DNA from: an uncultured virus (IMG/VR IMGVR_UViG_3300005002_000002)
Taxonomy: Duplodnaviria; Heunggongvirae; Uroviricota; Caudoviricetes
DNA: 30,574 nucleotides
Direction: 5' to 3' (one strand)
Virus record (IMG/VR): IMGVR_UViG_3300005002_000002
The notes beneath the pieces were generated by a model, which did not search any database, was not told where the DNA came from, and saw only the letters and a list, made by a program, of their open reading frames with translations. This document shows positions 17,566 to 26,317 of the stretch, piece by piece (positions within the stretch are counted from its first letter, which is position 1; the number at the start of each line of letters is the position of its first letter). A program made the position numbers and the translations under genes.

Positions 17566-17857
17566 TCAACACCTCCGCGATCTCCTGGGACAGCACCGGC
17601 TCCTCCGGGATGATCCACCGCACCGTCGCCTTCCCCGTCCACCAGATCATCAGCACGTCCGTCCCGTCGTCAGTCATCAGGAACCGCCCAGGATGCTTCG
17701 TCAGCTTGAGCTTGTGGCGGGAGGCGATCCGCGCCAGCTTCGGTTGCACCTGTCGCAGCCACTCCTTCGTCGCCTCCCTCCTCTTCGCGGCGTACCCCTT
17801 CGCCCTCACATACGCCTTGCGCCGCTCCCGCTTCTCGCGGTCCAGCCTGTTCTCCAT
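17546..17857 (-). CDS. basic hypothetical protein, 103 aa
   Basis: GGAGG/GGAG RBS before ATG. Confidence 0.65.
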   Translation of the reverse strand: MENRLDREKRERRKAYVRAKGYAAKRREATKEWLRQVQPKLARIASRHKLKLTKHPGRFLMTDDGTDVLMIWWTGKATVRWIIPEEPVLSQEIAEVLSEHPRE

Positions 17858-18209
17858 CTCCGCCTCCGCGTGTAAGGTTTGACGTGATGACGCAACACAG
17901 CCGCTCGCCGCCGATGCTGCTCAGGCTGTACGTCCAGCCGACGGGACAGGTGAAGCTGTCGCCCGGCCTCAGATTCGCCATCCCGAACCCGTCCCACTGC
18001 GACCGTTGGAAGAGGACGAAGGCACAGCCGGAGACGCAGAGGGCGGTCTGCTCATGCGGGATCTCGTCCTGCCGGAACGTCCCCTCGTAGCCGACGGAGA
18101 CGGCCCAGGCATACGGCGTGTGCCGGACGATGACCACCGCCCCGCTCTCCTCCGTGGGGGGGAGGGAGGCCCGGCTGTCGTTGATGTCGCAGGGGATGAC
18201 GTTCTTCAC
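17670..18209 (-). CDS. hypothetical protein
   Basis: GTGA overlap with the cupin stop; N-terminal 110 aa protein-like; tail overlaps the next gene. Confidence 0.5.
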   Translation of the reverse strand: MKNVIPCDINDSRASLPPTEESGAVVIVRHTPYAWAVSVGYEGTFRQDEIPHEQTALCVSGCAFVLFQRSQWDGFGMANLRPGDSFTCPVGWTYSLSSIGGERLCCVITSNLTRGGGDGEQAGPREAGAAQGVCEGEGVRREEEGGDEGVAATGATEAGADRLPPQAQADEASWAVPDD

Positions 18210-18583
18210 GGTTTCAACCTCTCCGTGTCGGCCTCCGCGTGGTGCGTCCCCGCCTCGACGAGCAGCAGTTGCGTCGGCCCGACGTTCCTGATCCGGTGCA
18301 GCAGTCCGGCAGGGATCGACACGAACTCCCCGTTGCTGATCTCCTTGCTGGTGAGGCTCTCAAGGTCCGCGCCGTAGGACACCTGGGCCTCCCCGTCGAT
18401 CACAAGGAACGTCTCCGACTTGATCCGGTGCCGGTGGAAGGAAGTCCCCGCCCCCGCGTTGATCCGAAGCACCTTGAAGCTGTACGCCCCGTTGTGCATG
18501 ACGGACTCGCTCCCCCACTCCTTCGGAACGTCCTCGACGCGCCGGATGCCTCCTCCCAGAAGCACTTCGCTCAGGCCGATCAT
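18206..18583 (-). CDS. cupin-domain protein (mannose-6-phosphate isomerase C-terminal-like)
   Basis: VPKEWGSE, KVLRINAGAGTSFHRHRIKSETFLVIDG, IPAGLLHRIRN. Confidence 0.85.
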   Translation of the reverse strand: MIGLSEVLLGGGIRRVEDVPKEWGSESVMHNGAYSFKVLRINAGAGTSFHRHRIKSETFLVIDGEAQVSYGADLESLTSKEISNGEFVSIPAGLLHRIRNVGPTQLLLVEAGTHHAEADTERLKP

Positions 18584-18625
18584 CGCTGCCTCCGCCAGGG
18601 TGAAAGGTTTGACTCGACAGCAGAG

Positions 18626-18654
18626 ATAATACCAGAGACGGACCCCGGTTGCAA
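18626..18654 (-). promoter_or_regulatory. promoter TTGCAA-N17-TATTAT with extended -10
   Basis: 17-nt spacing; a 16-bp box (18599-18614) lies between it and the RBS. Confidence 0.75.
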
Positions 18655-18657
18655 ATC

Positions 18658-19235
18658 TCACGACGGGGTCAGCACCTTCTTTCCTCCGCCCTGTTGCTCC
18701 CCGGCTTCGCTGCGGGTTGGGCTGGTCGCACTGGTCGTTTGCTCGCTGCCTCCCTCACCCCCACGGGAGAGCATCCTTTGGTTGCAGCCAGGGCGCAAAG
18801 TCCCCTTGTGTAGGCCCGTTGTTTTTCGTCGCCTTCGCTGCCGTCGCCTGACGCGCAGCCCATACCCCCCACGACGTGTTGACGGCGGCGTCACCGCTGC
18901 CGTCGTTCGCGGAGCCAGGGCACCGTCTCTCAGGTGCTTCGGGTTGATCGCCCGGCCAGTTCTCTCACCGGCTCTCTGGAGCTTCCGCAGGGGGTAGCTG
19001 CCCCTCCCCGTCGCCGGGTTGAGGATTCGCCCCCACGCACCCTATCGTCGCTCCCTCTACCCGCGCGGGGTCACTGAGGCATGTACACGGTTGGCTGGGT
19101 GCCGATCTTCAGGCCAAGTGGTCTGCCGGGAACCGTCCGGCTATGTCGATAGCGTCTCCGCGTCGGCAGGCCCACTACCCCCCGCCGACGACGAACCCAC
19201 ACAGGAGGATCGCTCCTCCTTCCCTTGAAAGCTCC
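18658..19235 (-). ncRNA. candidate large structured non-coding RNA (~580 nt)
   Basis: Longest stretch without a credible ORF; own promoter; many hairpins, some with GNRA loops; long-range helix between 18661-18676 and about 18993-19013. Confidence 0.5.
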
Positions 19236-19238
19236 CCC

Positions 19239-19268
19239 ATACTACCGGGTCAACCGGCCAGGGTGCAA
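19239..19268 (-). promoter_or_regulatory. promoter TTGCAC-N18-TAGTAT
   Basis: Immediately after the HNH gene stop, pointing into the non-coding stretch. Confidence 0.6.
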
Positions 19269-19301
19269 ACGGGACACCCGCGCAGTCGAGCGCCAATGGC
19301 C

Positions 19302-19673
19302 CTAGAATCGACGCGGACACGGCAGACGGCCTTTCCCCCTCCTGCGGCTCCTCCGGCCCTCCTCGCGTTGCCTAATGCAAGCCACGGCCCGTTCCGTCCC
19401 CTCCGGCCCGACGCGGGAGGACGCGAGCCACCGATGCACCGCCTTGTGGTGCTTCCAACAGAGCGGTATAACGTCGTCAAACGATTCGCAGCCGATGCGT
19501 TCATAGGTGAGGTGATGGAGGGTGACGCGGGAGCAACCGCAGACGCGGCACACGGTCGGCTTGCCCGATCTCATGTACCTGTCGCGGAACTCCGCCCAGA
19601 GCGGGCCGTTGAGGTAGTCCTCGTATGTCGCGTAGCCGAGCATGAGGAGCGTTCGACGGAACCGCTCCTTCAT
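19302..19673 (-). CDS. small stand-alone HNH endonuclease (Zn-binding)
   Basis: YEDYLNGPLW, CRVCG, LHHLTYERIGCE...VIPLCWKHHKAVH; ATGA overlap at 19670-19673. Confidence 0.85.
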   Translation of the reverse strand: MKERFRRTLLMLGYATYEDYLNGPLWAEFRDRYMRSGKPTVCRVCGCSRVTLHHLTYERIGCESFDDVIPLCWKHHKAVHRWLASSRVGPEGTERAVACIRQREEGRRSRRRGKGRLPCPRRF

Positions 19674-19879
19674 GGCTTGTGGTGTCCTTCCTTCGTCGTG
19701 ATGTAGTACCAGCCCGGACATGGGGCACCCCTCAGTTCGTACAGGTCGCTCCGGAGGATGTCCCGGTGATCCGGGCGGGCCACCGTCCGGTCGAACCAGT
19801 AGCGCCCCGCCGGAGGCAGAGCCTTCGTGTACACCTCCCCGTCGAGAGGCCCACCGTGGAATTCAATGACGGCCACCAT
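19670..19879 (-). CDS. small protein with FxGGPxDG motif
   Basis: IEFHGGPLDGE; GGAGG RBS. Confidence 0.7.
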   Translation of the reverse strand: MVAVIEFHGGPLDGEVYTKALPPAGRYWFDRTVARPDHRDILRSDLYELRGAPCPGWYYITTKEGHHKP

Positions 19880-20150
19880 CTGTGCCCTCCCCTCGCTGCG
19901 TCGGCGTCAATCGAGACGCCTCACTGCGAACGAAGTGCCAGCCGTCGAGCTTGCCCCTGATCTCCCGGATGTAGACGTGCTGGCGCTCCGATAGCCTCCC
20001 GTCACGCGACAGGATGTGCCATGCGTAAACGCAGCCTATGTAGTCTTCGCAGTCGTCTGGCAGTTTGTCAATTCGCTGCCCGTCGAACGGCCCGCCGTAG
20101 AAGACGTGGACGCCGTCCGGAGTGTAGGCTTTCACCTCCACGCTCAACAT
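19863..20150 (-). CDS. small protein with FxGGPxDG motif (start MLSVEVK)
   Basis: VFYGGPFDGQ; TGATG overlap with the upstream gene. Confidence 0.65.
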   Translation of the reverse strand: MLSVEVKAYTPDGVHVFYGGPFDGQRIDKLPDDCEDYIGCVYAWHILSRDGRLSERQHVYIREIRGKLDGWHFVRSEASRLTPTQRGEGTDGGRH

Positions 20151-20449
20151 CAGACGATCTCCGTGAACCTCTGGATGATCCTCTCCTCCGAATGGACGGT
20201 GTCGCTCCAGTCCCCCAGGAGGCGGTCCCACACCTCCCCGCTCTCCTCCTCGTACATGACGCAGACGCGCCCCGTCTCCTCCCTGACCCCCACGGCCAGC
20301 ACCTTGACTACCCTGCCCTTGTAATGCCTCCACTTGCTCCCGCGCTTCGGGAGGTTGGCGGCGTGCTTCCTGATCCACTCCTGCATCGTGTGCGGAGGGC
20401 GGGGGGCGTCCTTCGGGGCGTCCTTCAGGATCACTTCTGTCCGGCCCAT
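20150..20449 (-). CDS. DUF1653-like protein
   Basis: KWRHYKGRVVKVLAVG..EETG...VMYE.....WDR...RF pattern. Confidence 0.8.
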   Translation of the reverse strand: MGRTEVILKDAPKDAPRPPHTMQEWIRKHAANLPKRGSKWRHYKGRVVKVLAVGVREETGRVCVMYEEESGEVWDRLLGDWSDTVHSEERIIQRFTEIV

Positions 20450-20450
20450 G

Positions 20451-21035
20451 TCACTTCCTCGGTAGGACGTTCATGACAGCGTCCACTTGCCTGATGCGGT
20501 CGGCAAGCACGGGCGTGTCGATGGTGATGTACGACATCTCATGCGACTCAAGGATGAGCTTCACCGCCCCGTCGAATCGCAGCACGTCCTCCCACTTGAG
20601 GAACTCGCGCCGCTGGTTCTGCTTCATCGCCGCCCGCCACGTCTCCCGCGTCGGCCTGACGAAGAACATCAGAGCCGCCCCGTCGTCGTGCAGGCGGAGG
20701 CCGGTCATGTAGTCGCGGAAGGTGTCGCTCCTCGCGATCTGCCACGCCACCGTCCCGTACATCGCCGTGTAGATGAGGAAGTCGAAGGCGCGGTCGCTGA
20801 CGTAGTTCCCCGTCGCCTCCGCCTCGTTCTTGACCTGCCGCTTGAACACGTCAAGCTGGAAGCTGTTGTAGGCGTCGAGATCCGCCCGCAGGTCGGCGTA
20901 GCTCCGCCCGCTCTCCTGCTGCACGGAGCGGGAGGCGGAGGGGAGCGGAGACAGCCCCCACTTCTTCGTGACGTGTGCCGCCAGCGTCGTCTTGCCGGTC
21001 CCCGACGAGCCGACGAAGTAAACTCTTTTCCTCAA
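20451..21035 (-). CDS. P-loop nucleotide-kinase-like ATPase (AAA_28-type)
   Basis: Walker A GSSGTGKTT at the N-terminus and VSDRAFDFLIYT. Confidence 0.85.
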   Translation of the reverse strand: MRKRVYFVGSSGTGKTTLAAHVTKKWGLSPLPSASRSVQQESGRSYADLRADLDAYNSFQLDVFKRQVKNEAEATGNYVSDRAFDFLIYTAMYGTVAWQIARSDTFRDYMTGLRLHDDGAALMFFVRPTRETWRAAMKQNQRREFLKWEDVLRFDGAVKLILESHEMSYITIDTPVLADRIRQVDAVMNVLPRK

Positions 21036-21628
21036 GGCTTGCCCCCTCCCATCGCCGCCTTGAGCTTGTCGAGGAGGGCCACCCGCATCGTGCCCTTCTT
21101 GATCTCGCCCAGGTCTTCTATCTCCCGCTCCTCGACCGCCGTGAAGGCCACTACGTTCGCGCAGAACAGGCCGGGCGCGGTAAAGGTGCCCTTGCCCGCC
21201 CTCGCCGCCTCGACGGCCTCCCGCACCCCTTCGTGCGTCGCCTTGAGGCCGACGAAGACGAGGGCGTCATCGTGCCGCTCGACGGCGTGCCGCAGTGCCG
21301 CCTCCCGGACGGTGTCGAAGTCGGTGAAGTCGATCCCGGCGTGATGCTCCGGCCCGTACCACTGGACGAGCCAAGCGGCCTGACACGCCGTCTTGTACGC
21401 CGCCAGGAGCGCGTCCGTCCTGACCCCCTGCTTGCCCGACGGGAAGCCGAGGAGCTTGACGTGAAGGTGGTTCTCCGGGAGGGAGAGCCTGGACACCTCC
21501 AGCCGGGCCAGACGGTCGAGGCTCTCCGCCATCTTCGCGATGCTGCTCACGTCGTCGTGCAGGGCGAGGGCCACGCGGTAGGAAGGTTTCCGACCGGCAG
21601 CCGCCGCCTCCTTCTTGCTCTTGCTCAC
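21032..21628 (-). CDS. hypothetical protein, 198 aa
   Basis: GTG with GGAGGAG RBS; coupled to the kinase gene. Confidence 0.7.
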   Translation of the reverse strand: MSKSKKEAAAAGRKPSYRVALALHDDVSSIAKMAESLDRLARLEVSRLSLPENHLHVKLLGFPSGKQGVRTDALLAAYKTACQAAWLVQWYGPEHHAGIDFTDFDTVREAALRHAVERHDDALVFVGLKATHEGVREAVEAARAGKGTFTAPGLFCANVVAFTAVEEREIEDLGEIKKGTMRVALLDKLKAAMGGGKP

Positions 21629-21658
21629 GATGCTCCTCCCGTGGGGGAGGGGAAGGCG

Positions 21659-22051
21659 TCATGCGTCGGGCTTCGGCACCGTCAGCTTGAACGTCGGGAC
21701 GGTTTCGCCGTCCACCTTCCCCGCCTTCCCCGTAGCGTCCAGTTCGATCTCCCAGGTGATCGGGGAGGGAGGCATACCGTCGTTGCGCGGCTCCCACTCC
21801 TCCACCCAGAGCTTGCCCTTCCGCATCTCCCAGCGACCGTACCACGTCTGCGATCCCGCCCAGCCGTGGAGTTCGTAGCCGCCCTGCGGGTGAAACGTTA
21901 CACGCCCGCTCCCGCCCTTCCATGCCATGTCCCAGGTGCCCACATGGGGCACCGGCACCTCCTTCTTCTTCGCCTTCGGGAGCGGGATCGGCGCTCCGTC
22001 GGATTGCACGGCAACGGCCAGTGCGAGGACGAGGAGGAGGAGGCGGGCCAT
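21659..22051 (-). CDS. secreted protein with signal peptide and APIPLPK linker
   Basis: MARLLLLVLALAVAVQSDG-APIPLPKAKK followed by a beta-rich GTW...GRW domain. Confidence 0.75.
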   Translation of the reverse strand: MARLLLLVLALAVAVQSDGAPIPLPKAKKKEVPVPHVGTWDMAWKGGSGRVTFHPQGGYELHGWAGSQTWYGRWEMRKGKLWVEEWEPRNDGMPPSPITWEIELDATGKAGKVDGETVPTFKLTVPKPDA

Positions 22052-22063
22052 GACTGTCTCCTG

Positions 22064-23104
22064 TCATTGGGGTCTGTAGTCGGAAAGGGCGTCCCTGTTC
22101 CGAGTGTACCACAAGACGGTCTGGCGGAGCGAGTCCGCGAACGGGAACGGAGCCTTCCAGCCGATCCCCGCGAGCTTGCCCCCGTCGAGGCCGTACCGGC
22201 GATCATGCCCCGGCCTCGTCTTGTGGAAGTCCACGAAGTCCAGCTTCGGCTCGACGCCGAGGATGTGGCCGATCAGGCGGGCCATCTCCTCGTTCGTCAC
22301 CTCCGCCTCGCCCACGACGTTGTACCGATCCGGCATCCCCCGGAGCGGGTACTTGCCGATCACCGTCTGCTCGACGATGTGCCGGATGGCGTCGGCGTGG
22401 TTCGCCGCGTGAAGGTAGAAGCGGCTCCCCGTGTTGCCCGGCTCCCCGTGGACCGTCACCGGCTCCCCGTTGAGGATGCTGCGGATCGTCTTCGGGATGA
22501 ACTTCTCCGCGTCCTGCCACTCCCCGAAGTTGTTCATCGTGTTGGTCAGCACCAGCGGCGTCCCGTAGGTACGCCAGTACGAGATCGCCAGCGCCTCCTG
22601 TGCCGCCTTGCTCGCGGCGTAGGGGTTCGACGGGATGATAGGCGACCACTCCGCGTGTGCCTGTCCGGGCGCGGCGGGTCCATACACCTCGTCGGTGCTG
22701 ATCTGCACGAAGACGCCCGTGGGCTTCTCCCTCGCGTACTCCAGCATCGTCTGGACGAGGTTGCAGTTATTCTTCCACGTCCCCACCGGGTCGTCGATGC
22801 TCCTGTCAACGTGCGATTCGCTCGCCATGTTGACGACGACATCGAAGGCGGGTTCCCGCCGGATCTCCGCCCACGCGAGGCCGCTCTGTGCGTCCCGGTA
22901 AGGCTCCGCCAGATCGACCTTCGCCAGCCTGATCCGATCCGGGAACATCTCGACGGAGGGGCGGAGACGTTCCACCCGCCCACGGTGCCGGAAGCTGTCG
23001 ATGACCGTGACGTGCCACTGCGTCGTCCGCATCCAGTGCGCGACGCAGTGGCTGCCGATGAAGCCGCCGCCCCCGGTCAACAGAACCCTGACGTTGTCGC
23101 TCAT
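22064..23104 (-). CDS. rmlB: dTDP-glucose 4,6-dehydratase-like NAD-dependent epimerase/dehydratase
   Basis: VLLTGGGGFIGSH, MASESHVDRSI, ISTDEVYG, PYAASKA, EKFIPKTI, RPGHDRRY. Confidence 0.92.
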   Translation of the reverse strand: MSDNVRVLLTGGGGFIGSHCVAHWMRTTQWHVTVIDSFRHRGRVERLRPSVEMFPDRIRLAKVDLAEPYRDAQSGLAWAEIRREPAFDVVVNMASESHVDRSIDDPVGTWKNNCNLVQTMLEYAREKPTGVFVQISTDEVYGPAAPGQAHAEWSPIIPSNPYAASKAAQEALAISYWRTYGTPLVLTNTMNNFGEWQDAEKFIPKTIRSILNGEPVTVHGEPGNTGSRFYLHAANHADAIRHIVEQTVIGKYPLRGMPDRYNVVGEAEVTNEEMARLIGHILGVEPKLDFVDFHKTRPGHDRRYGLDGGKLAGIGWKAPFPFADSLRQTVLWYTRNRDALSDYRPQ

Positions 23105-23115
23105 GTCGCCCCTCC

Positions 23116-23946
23116 TCAAGATGGCCCCCACCACGACAGCGGCTCTCCGCTGTTGAACGGGGTCCGGTTGTAGTCCCGCAGCATCGTCGCCTCGTCCCCG
23201 ACGGGCAGGCGTCCCCACTTCCTGACGAAGCGGCTCTGGTTGATGCCGAACCAGTGGTTGATGTGGTGGGCCATCTCCGCGTCGTTCTTCGCCGTCATGC
23301 TGACGTGGTGATAGAACCGGGCGGCGTAGACGTAGCGGTGATGCTCCCCGCCCAGGACGATCCGGGCGGCATAGTCGTTGTCCTCAAAGTACGCCGGGCG
23401 GAACATCTCGTCGAACCACCCGTGCCTGCTGATCGTCTCCGGGCGGAAGGCGAAGAAGGAGAAGTCGGCCCCCTCCCCGACCTTCGCCGGGTCAAGCAGA
23501 CGCCCGTCGTTGTTCGCCGTCCCGCTCCACAACGCCACCCGCTCCGCCAGCGGGTTGCCGTCCTCCCGCGACATCCCGAACGTCAACAGGTTCTGGACGC
23601 AGCCCGGCTCCGCCTCCGTGTCGTTCGCGAGGCAGATGAGGTACTCCGCCCCCCACTCGATGCCGAGCTTGCTCCCCGCGTTCCAGCCACCGGCCACGCC
23701 CTTGTCGCCTTCGTTGACGACGTTCACGACGGAGGGCATAAGGCCGCAGCAGTTCGCTGCCTTCTCCCGGATCAACTCCACGGGCCACGCCAGCCGGTTG
23801 CAGACCAGCGTCAGCATGAACTCCGCCTGCGTCCTCCGGCGGAAGTCGTCCGGGATCGTCAGCCGCTCCAGGCAGCGCCACGTCATCGCCAGGAGCTTCT
23901 CGACCTGAAGGACGACGGGCAGCGTCACGGCAACCTTGAGCTTCAC
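23116..23946 (-). CDS. glycosyltransferase family 2-like protein
   Basis: GVAGGWNAG, YLICLANDT, GWFDEMFRPAYFEDNDY, FYHHVSMT, FVRKWG. Confidence 0.88.
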   Translation of the reverse strand: MKLKVAVTLPVVLQVEKLLAMTWRCLERLTIPDDFRRRTQAEFMLTLVCNRLAWPVELIREKAANCCGLMPSVVNVVNEGDKGVAGGWNAGSKLGIEWGAEYLICLANDTEAEPGCVQNLLTFGMSREDGNPLAERVALWSGTANNDGRLLDPAKVGEGADFSFFAFRPETISRHGWFDEMFRPAYFEDNDYAARIVLGGEHHRYVYAARFYHHVSMTAKNDAEMAHHINHWFGINQSRFVRKWGRLPVGDEATMLRDYNRTPFNSGEPLSWWGPS

Positions 23947-24467
23947 TTGACGGCCTCCATCTCGACGTACAGGTGCGATCCGTGACGCCACGACTTGTGC
24001 AGGAGGCGGAAGCACCCGACGAACCCGTACCGCTTCATCAGGTCGAACTCAAAGTTCACGCCCGGCTGGGCCACGATGTAGTTGAACGTGTTCTCGCTGA
24101 CCGGGTTGACGTGCGTGGGATCTCCCGCCCACGTCTGAAGGTCCGTCACCATCGGCGTGCAGGACTCAAAGACGCCGCCCGGCTTGAGGACGCGCCACAC
24201 CTCATTGAGCAAGGACAGGAACGGCTGCCGCCTCCTCCCATCGACGTACAGCAGACGCGGGACGTGTTCAAGGTAGTCGTGGGCGAAGACGCGGGAGAAC
24301 ACGTCGGCGTCGAACGGGATGGGGGACAGGTTGAGATCCACGGGGAGGACGCGGCCAGGGATCTCCTGGGGCAGCCCCTCCACGCAGATGTCGATGCCGA
24401 ATGCGTCGTACCCGTCGAGGCCGCGAGGCGACGGGCCGCTGCCAAGGTCTAAGGTTTTACCCCGCAC
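23943..24467 (-). CDS. class I SAM-dependent methyltransferase
   Basis: LDLGSG, GIDI, IPFDADVFS..AHDYLEHV, NEVWRVLKPGG, DPTHV; GTG start with GGAGG RBS. Confidence 0.9.
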   Translation of the reverse strand: MRGKTLDLGSGPSPRGLDGYDAFGIDICVEGLPQEIPGRVLPVDLNLSPIPFDADVFSRVFAHDYLEHVPRLLYVDGRRRQPFLSLLNEVWRVLKPGGVFESCTPMVTDLQTWAGDPTHVNPVSENTFNYIVAQPGVNFEFDLMKRYGFVGCFRLLHKSWRHGSHLYVEMEAVK

Positions 24468-24652
24468 TGTTGCCTCCTCTTCTTGAGCCGCTTCCGGCAC
24501 TCCGCACAGTTGTCCCGCGAGTCGTCGTTGCCCTGTTCGCGCGGCCCGCCGTACATCCACCTCATGCAGATGCTCCGCGTATCCCCCTCCGCGAAGTAGT
24601 GAGCCTTCTTGCTTGCTCCGGGCCACCCCCAGCCTTCCTCGATCTTCTGCAT
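24449..24652 (-). CDS. small Zn-binding hypothetical protein
   Basis: KAHYF...SIC...CAEC; GGAGGAG RBS. Confidence 0.7.
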   Translation of the reverse strand: MQKIEEGWGWPGASKKAHYFAEGDTRSICMRWMYGGPREQGNDDSRDNCAECRKRLKKRRQQCGVKP

Positions 24653-24664
24653 GTCTCCTCCCTT

Positions 24665-24707
24665 CCCGTGGGGGAGGAGGAGGCCCGGCCTTCCCTCCCC
24701 CCACGGG
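24665..24707. repeat. inverted pair of CCCGTGGGGG-purine elements inside the glycosylation cassette
   Basis: CCCGTGGGGGAGGAGGAGG / CCTTCCCTCCCCCCACGGG filling the intergenic gap. Confidence 0.85.
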
Positions 24708-24709
24708 CG

Positions 24710-25501
24710 TCAGACGTAGCGCGGGAATAGGTGTCGCCACTTCCCGAAGTACCGCTCATGGTTCCTGTCGTGGACGACGTTGTCACCGCTCCCGACATCG
24801 ACGCCGACGGCCTCCGCCGCCTGCTTGAGGTACTCCGGAGACGACGCCGTCAGGCCGCTCTGATGGTGGCAGGAGACGCCGATGAGCATGTTCTGGAACC
24901 CGGCATTCAGCGACGCCAGACAGATGTCGTAGTCGTACCGATGGTGGAGCGTGTACCCCTCGTCGAAGCCGCCGACCGCGTCAAGCATCGACCGACGCAT
25001 GATGAGGGCCATCCCGTCGAGGACGGACACCCAGAGTCGCCCCCAGCCGCGACTGCCGTGAATCTCCGCTTCCAGCATGTTGCTCCACACGTCGTGCCGC
25101 AGCCCGTTCGCCCCCAGGCCACGCGCCCCGCAGAAGCCAGCAACCCCCAGCTTCGGCTCCTCCTTGAACGCCTCCAGCACCCTGTCGTCCCAGCCCACCT
25201 CCGTGACATACAGGTCGTTGTGGAAGGCGGAGAGAATCGGCGTCTGCGTCTCCGCCCACAGTTGATTCATCGCCCGGAACACGCCAAGGTTCTTCTCATT
25301 CCGGATCACCCGCCCGCAGTGCCACTGCGGCAGGATGTACTTCTCCACCCACTCCTTCGATCCGTCCGTGCTGCCGTTGTCAACGACGAGAAGCTGTGCC
25401 CTCTTCGTCTGCGTGATCCCGCAAAGGTTTGCCCAGCATGGCTTGCTCTCCGCCAGCCGGTTCATCATGATGACGCCGACGGTAAATTCCGGCCCCCGCA
25501 T
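24710..25501 (-). CDS. glycosyltransferase family 2
   Basis: LLVVDNGSTDGS, IRNEKNLGVFRAMNQ, FHND, VGGFDEGY, YDYDICL, KW near the C-terminus. Confidence 0.92.
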   Translation of the reverse strand: MRGPEFTVGVIMMNRLAESKPCWANLCGITQTKRAQLLVVDNGSTDGSKEWVEKYILPQWHCGRVIRNEKNLGVFRAMNQLWAETQTPILSAFHNDLYVTEVGWDDRVLEAFKEEPKLGVAGFCGARGLGANGLRHDVWSNMLEAEIHGSRGWGRLWVSVLDGMALIMRRSMLDAVGGFDEGYTLHHRYDYDICLASLNAGFQNMLIGVSCHHQSGLTASSPEYLKQAAEAVGVDVGSGDNVVHDRNHERYFGKWRHLFPRYV

Positions 25502-25504
25502 GTC

Positions 25505-26317
25505 TCACCCCCGCGCCAGGACGAAGTTCGTGAACGGCCCGCTAACGATGCTGGCCGCGTCCGCGCGGCTCACCTCCCCCTCCGCGTTGATCGTCCACGG
25601 GACGACGTTCAGGTGCTGCCGCGCGTACTCCAGCATCGGCCTGACCTTGTTCGCGTGGGCCGGATCGAACTCCAGCAACATCACCAGCGCCGGGTTCCTC
25701 CGGAAGTGCCCTTCCGCCCCCATGAACACTTCGGCGTCGAACCCCTCCGCGTCGCACTTGATGAAGTCCACGCGGCCAGGGATGTCCTCATCGAGACGGA
25801 CGATGTCGATGGGGTGCGGCCTGCCCTCGTATGCCTCCGGCAGCGGGACGCCGACCGTCGATCCGCCAGAGATCCTCCGGGAGACGTGGAGCGTGTTGTG
25901 CCCGCGTGCCGACCCGCAGCCAACCTCCCGGCAGCGGACGCGACCGGCGAAGCCGTTGTCACGGACGTTCCTGACCAACAGGTCGAACGTCTCCGGCTCA
26001 GGCTCGTAGGCGATGACCCTGCCGCCCTCCCCGGCAAGCTCCGCCATCACCAGGGTGAAGTACCCGACGTTCGCCCCGACATCGACGCAGACGAACCCCG
26101 GCTTGATGAAGCCGAGCATCAGCCGCGTGATCCACGCCTCCCAGAAGCCGTCGAGGATCATGCACGGCATTATGTCCTCGTTCGCGGCCTCCCCCGTCAG
26201 CTTGTAGCGGCCCAGGACGCGACAGGTGACAAGAGGCCCGTGCTGGTAGACCATCGTCAGGGAGCGTGCGTAGTCCTCCCCCGCAGCCCTGCCGTCGAGG
26301 AAGTGCCTACGCCACAT
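25505..26317 (-). CDS. FkbM-family methyltransferase
   Basis: VDVGANVGYFT, VIAYEPEP, VRLDE, VDFIKCDAEGFDAEVFMGA. Confidence 0.92.
   Translation of the reverse strand: MWRRHFLDGRAAGEDYARSLTMVYQHGPLVTCRVLGRYKLTGEAANEDIMPCMILDGFWEAWITRLMLGFIKPGFVCVDVGANVGYFTLVMAELAGEGGRVIAYEPEPETFDLLVRNVRDNGFAGRVRCREVGCGSARGHNTLHVSRRISGGSTVGVPLPEAYEGRPHPIDIVRLDEDIPGRVDFIKCDAEGFDAEVFMGAEGHFRRNPALVMLLEFDPAHANKVRPMLEYARQHLNVVPWTINAEGEVSRADAASIVSGPFTNFVLARG

Noticed and set aside
18670..18745. RNase P RNA-like words (ACGACCAGTGC, GAGGAAAG) in the large ncRNA candidate
   Set aside because: They occur in the wrong order, and the conserved P4 elements (GAGGAAAGTCC ... AACCCGGCTTA) are absent.
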